From Ranitomeya imitator (taxonomy: Eukaryota), in the NCBI RefSeq assembly GCF_032444005.1, contig NC_091286.1, positions 68,262,001-68,326,000 of the forward strand: DNA of 64,000 bases, written 5' to 3'. The first letter of the stretch is position 1. Every line of letters starts with the position of its first letter. The notes under the pieces were generated by a model. The model was not told the DNA's origin and made no database searches. It saw only the letters and a list, made by a program, of their open reading frames with translations. Shown here one piece after another: positions 61,776 to 64,000 of the stretch. Made by a program: the position numbers and the translations under genes.

Positions 61776-62862
61776 TGTTAGGAGTTGAGTTTCCTCTGCT
61801 GCACAGGGGGAATCTCGATCTGTGTCTGCTGCAGTCTCCCATTCTGCATCGGCCGCAGTGGGGTCTCCCCAGCGGAGACGTCGCTCCCAGCGTCTCGCTG
61901 AGGCTGATTCTGTGCAAAGGGTTACTACTGCCTCTTCTGGCTCTCCTATTGTACCCTGCACTGATCTGCGGCGAGCAGGCTTTTCTGGGACTAAGTCCTA
62001 ATTTACACACACTGAGCATGCCCAGGGCAAGATCTCTCAGTGGAGGTCTAGGGTCACATGCTCAGGTACTGCAGCGACTCCCATTGGTCCTTCTCACGGA
62101 AGGTCCTGCAGGTACTAGGACTAAGTTCAGCTTTGCACACTGAGCATGCCCAGGGCAGGATCTCTCAGTGGAGATCTAGGGTCACATGCTCAGGTACTGT
62201 AGCAATTCCATTGGTCCTTCTTTCACAGGTCCTAAACGTGCTGCAGCTATTTAAAGGGACCTGAATTTGGAGGGAACAATCTTCAGCCATGGGAGCGGGG
62301 TTTTGGGGTTTTTGATTCACCCTTTCCTTACCCGCTGGCTGCATGCTGGCTGCAATATTGGATTGAAGTTCATTCTCTGTCCTCCGTAGTACATGCCTGC
62401 ACAAGGCCTTTAAGGCTCGCATGGCCGCACGGCCATGCGCTAGTATCAATTCCAATATGCGCTTTGCGCCAGTGTGGTTATGTATGTTTGTTTTCAGGGA
62501 CCCGGCTGAAATGAGCCCCTAGAATACCGGCACCTCCGGTGAGGAGATTGTGTGAACGTGATTCAGGGACCCAGCTGAAATAAGCCCCTAGAATACCGGC
62601 TCCTCCGATGAGGAGATTGCGTGTTTGCATAACCACTGAATGCTATCAGTTTGGCAGTAAGCTTGTGTTCCTGTGAGGCTAACAGGGCGCAGTGCTTTCC
62701 TCTCGCGGTTGCTCTGTAAAGGTAACAGAGTTGGTATATACCGCCATATAGTGCTGCCATTATTTAGCAGCAGGTTCTTTCCTGCACGATGGATCCCGGG
62801 TTGCGAACGCACCAATTCCACTTAATAAATAGTATATTTGGTGCGTTCCGCCAACCCTAACA
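61776..62862. mobile_element. Solo LTR inserted in a Helitron
   Basis: TGTTAGG...CCTAACA ends with a perfect 5-bp TSD GCCAG. The flanks rejoin the Helitron sequence seen uninterrupted at 15790-15830. Confidence 0.85.
62255..62409. mobile_element. Internally deleted half-copy of the same T2 MITE, inside the solo LTR
   Basis: TTAA|AGGGAC...CCT|TTAA; the left arm runs up to the palindrome centre only. Confidence 0.75.
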
Positions 62863-64000
62863 GCCAGCGGCTGCGACCAATGAATATCCGTACCAGACAG
62901 ACAGACAGAAGGACAGACGGAAGTGACCCTTAGACAATTATACAGTAGATTGATAACGGATTTTTATAGCGGGTTTTTATGTTTGGCAGCTGTCACACTA
63001 AAAGACGCTTTTTATTGCAAAAAATATTTTTTGCATCACCACATTTTGAGAGCTATAATTTTTCCATATTTTGGCCCACAGAGTCATGTGAGGTCTTGTT
63101 TTTTGCGGGACGAGTTGACGTTTTTATTGGTACCATTTTCGGGCACATGACATTTTTTGAGCGCTTTTTATTCCGATTTTTGTTAGGCAGAATGAACAAA
63201 AACCAGCAATTCATTAATTTTTTTTTTTTTTTGGGGGGGGGGGGGGGGGTGTTTATACCATTCCGCATTTGGTGAAATTGGTAAAGCAGTTTTATTCTTT
63301 GGGTCAGTACGATTACAGTGATACCTCATTTATATCTTTTTTTTATGTTTTGACGCTTTTATACAATAAAAACTTTTATATAAAAAAGAATTATTTTTCC
63401 ATCGCTTTATTCTGAGGGCTACAACATTTTTATTTTTTCGCTGATGACACTGTATGGCGTCTCGCTTTTTTCAGGACAACATGACGTTTTCAGCGGTACC
63501 ATGTTTATTTATATGTCTTTTTGATTGCGTGTTATTCCACTTTTTGTTTGGCGGTATGATGATAAAGCATTTTTGCCTCGTTTTTTAATGGTGTTCACTG
63601 AAGGGGCTAACTAGTGGTAGAGTTTTATAGGTCGGGTGCTTACGGATGCGGCGATACTAAATGTGTACTTTTATAGTTTTTTTTTTTTATTTACATAAAG
63701 AAATGTATTTATTGGAACAGTATATATATATTTTTGCACATGTTAATATTTTTTCTTTTTTAACTTTTTTACTTCGTCCCAGGGTGAGACATCGCTGTAT
63801 AGTGTCAAATCGCTGATCTGACACTTTGCAGTGCATTGTGTCAGATCAGCGATCTGACAGGCAGTGCAGGAGGCTTTCCGGCACCTACTCTCAGCAGGCG
63901 CTTGCAAGCCACCTCCCTGCAGGACCTGGAAGGAGGGAGGAGGATGGAGGAGACGCATCGTTCCGAGGGTCTCAGGGAAGCACGCAGGTAGCCCCCTCCC

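Larger units (their letters stand above)
59996..62949 (-). mobile_element. Non-autonomous Helitron (family 1), complete, with nested L1, SINE, LTR and MITE
   Basis: Minus strand A|TC...hairpin...CTAG|T, canonical termini and AT target. Confidence 0.85.
58186..64000 (+). mobile_element. Large non-autonomous piggyBac-like element (copy C), runs off the window
   Basis: TTAA|CCCCTT start; left about 700 bp homologous to copy B; about 2 tandem units; telomere-like array about 59560-59910. Sequence after 62950 is the reverse complement of the 11.7-12.8 kb part of copy A. Confidence 0.85.

Overview
Eukaryotic vertebrate DNA. The transposon landscape (T2/Kolobok MITEs, Harbinger, Tc1, V-SINE, fish/amphibian-type L1) suggests an anuran amphibian; this is inference. 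The window holds the 5' end of MACROD2 on the minus strand: coding exon 1 (44150-44102, MYTGGSKKKRLWREEK) and exon 2 (1681-1568, ERLLSMTQTERRKELCKDYIPL...) join in frame across a 42.4-kb intron 1, with a CpG-rich, possibly bidirectional promoter at about 44.15-44.75 kb. Nearly everything else is transposable-element DNA, often nested with intact target-site duplications (TSDs): a full-length two-gene PIF/Harbinger and its non-autonomous partner, four Tc1 copies, two 5'-truncated L1s, two solo LTRs, four Helitron-type elements, a 4.2-kb hAT composite, large TTAA piggyBac-like elements carrying about 385-bp tandem units and telomere-like arrays, and many palindromic MITEs. The best leads are (1) a Harbinger MADF exon in phase with MACROD2 exon 1, a candidate gene trap or exonisation; (2) a candidate minimal Penelope-type hammerhead ribozyme between two Helitron 3' termini, a possible end-bypass capture; (3) piggyBac-like elements that disperse interstitial telomere-like repeats. 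There are two assembly gaps (5635-5804, 20243-20422). Boundaries were read by eye, family names come from recalled motifs, and no database search was run.
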